Below are positions 62,092-64,000 of a stretch of 64,000 nt of DNA, one piece after another; the stretch's first letter is position 1; each line of letters opens with the position of its first letter. The DNA is taken from positions 7,998,001-8,062,000 of the forward strand of contig JBHGNT010000005.1 in NCBI GenBank assembly GCA_043228905.1. Reading direction: 5' to 3'. The translations under genes were made by a program, and so were the position numbers. Below the pieces are notes generated by a model, which searched no databases, was not told where the DNA came from, and worked only from the letters and a program-made list of their open reading frames with translations. This DNA is from Azolla caroliniana (taxonomy: Eukaryota; Plantae; Polypodiophyta).

Positions 62092-62866
62092 TGTTGGAAA
62101 TTTTGACGATAAAGTTGCTCAACGTCGTGAGTTTCTTATCTTGTGGATAGCTACTCCACTTATGACCTCCAAGAATGGCAATCCTTGCTAGCACTTTCAG
62201 CCACCAAAATGGTTGTTTCCTCCACCGATCACATATAGTTCAATACCTTGTAAATTGTTTACAGTAATGAAGGGATATCTTTAAAAAAAATGACAGTAGC
62301 TATCGACAAACTTCAGTTGGATAGCAAGATTAGCAAGACCAGAAAGATCCGCTGCACAAATCTTGATGTAAAGATGGATTGCAATCATTCTTCAAGTGGG
62401 AGATTATCAAGGAAATGAGAAGTAACCATTTTTTGTTTTAAAAAATGGGTGCTTAACTTAGGCAATTATCAATGGATGTGCATAACGATCGCCTAATTTC
62501 TTGCCTTAATCCCACCAATCCACGTTATTTTGAAGCCTATATATACCCCTAAACTCACATTTGTAAATATCCCAAAAATTAGAGAATCAAGACAGAGTTT
62601 AAAAGAAATCTTGTGAAAGAATTTTATGAAGAAACAATCTTGGATATAATTGAGTGTGGGTTGTGAGTTTTTGGTGTTATAAATGTTGTCTACTTTCTAC
62701 CTTTAGTAAAACAATTGTAGTAGGTTCGGAGATGTAGGCACAATTTGCAGAACTCCGTTATCGATTTTGTGTGTGTGTGTGTGTGTGTGCGCGCGCGCTA
62801 TTCTCGTTGTTATTTTGTGTTCTCACTAATTTCGTTTATAAGGAAATCTACGTAAGTTTCTAAACA
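62092..62866 (+). repeat. Probable solo LTR related to 18900-19250
   Basis: TGTTGG..TAAACA; 62480-62830 aligns by eye with 18925-19230; TSD not evident; (GT)n(GC)n run at 62769-62798. Confidence 0.55.
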
Positions 62867-64000
62867 CACCATGCCATACAATTTGTGGACATAAAGTGTT
62901 TTGGTTTCTAGCTTACGGAACTACCAACAAGTAGATTTGCCATATTAAATAAAGGCTCAACCACATCCATTGGAAGAACACAACACCATCCATTGTAACT
63001 TGCCTCACCCGCACACACTATATTCCCCACAACTCACTTAAGCCCAAAATGGAAGATATTCAAGGCAAATGAGCTTATCTAGAGGGATTACCTTGGAGAG
63101 AGCTAAAGAACTCAAGCTTGGAGACAACATTAGAGAAGAAAGAGATAAAAGCCATGACTGGGAAGCATCGAGGGCTTGAGTTGAGACTCGCCAAGTACAA
63201 TAGTATGATTAAGATGATGCATTTCATGGGGCTTTGAGATGTTTCAAAATGGACAAGTTACCCTACTCTTTTTTTGTTTGGTGTTTGTTAAATTTTTGTA
63301 TTTCTTGAACAAGCAAATAAGTTATACCACTTATATGGATTTGTTCTCGGAGGCTACATTTGCCACATTAAAGACATTAATATTGCAATTTTTCTTCTTC
63401 CTCTCGGGGGCATTGAGTTATTATCTCATTATACCAATGGTGGAAAAACGGTTTGGATATTTGTGTTTTTATTCTCCATCATGGATATTAATCTCTCTTT
63501 ATTAAAAAACCATATGGAGATAGGGACATGGCCTTGGAGCAGTGCTATGCATGCATGTCTCATTGTTTATATAAATTGCCATTTCATTGTGATAAGTAAT
63601 AAATAGATGTTAATGCCCATTCCATGTCAATCTTATCGAAAATGTAGCTTCTCAAGGTCTACAACATGCCCATAAAAAAAATAGAACGTAGGTTCCTCCT
63701 TATATTCAAGTTGTGAAGTAATGAATAAAGAATACACTTGGATGAGATGTTACTTTCTCAACCAAAGTGATTTGAGGTAGATGAGACATATTTATGGTAT
63801 ACTTCTAATGTATCTATGGTTATAAACCTTTTGAGTTAATATTGAAGAGTTTGATGCTCAATAAATTTCTTGGAGAAAGTATCTTCTTCTTTTTTCAATA
63901 ACATATGAAAAATCATACAGTTCAAATGCATATTCCAGCAGTGGAGGGCCAGAGTGTGACATCATCAAGCAAGATACGAAAGATATGTCAAAATGTTTGC

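Noticed and set aside
62870-64000. Possible gene or element at the window end
   Set aside because: AT-rich with only short ORFs and no motif I can support.

Overview
Eukaryotic, repeat-dense land-plant genomic DNA. The PPR and retroelement styles suggest a fern or other non-seed plant (inference). The only intact host gene is an 8-exon GPI mannosyltransferase 2 (PIG-V/GPI18, 11722-16199, +). Nearly everything else is transposable element. There are two related minus-strand Ty1/copia elements (1-3589 truncated; 5284-10976 full length, TSD TTTAG), a PPR relic, three non-autonomous hAT elements and decayed LINE/copia remnants. One L1-like LINE (pieces at ~22270-22571, 50037-50514, 61332-~62050) is split by ~38 kb of nested insertions: a solo LTR, two tRNA-Trp-primed Ty3/gypsy elements, copia solo LTRs and a very young intact copia (54079-59442). 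The most unusual object is a ~10-kb Sola2-type DNA transposon (24935-35017; GGG...CCC TIRs, 4-bp TSD TCTT). It carries a DDD transposase, two accessory spliced genes (one FCP1/NIF phosphatase-like lacking the first catalytic Asp), and internal tandem arrays of the same palindromic motif found at its ends. This architecture resembles VANDAL/VANC anti-silencing systems. The gypsy pair also shows a conserved GGAUUUU-UAG -1 frameshift cassette located after the protease. All coordinates and counts were read by eye.
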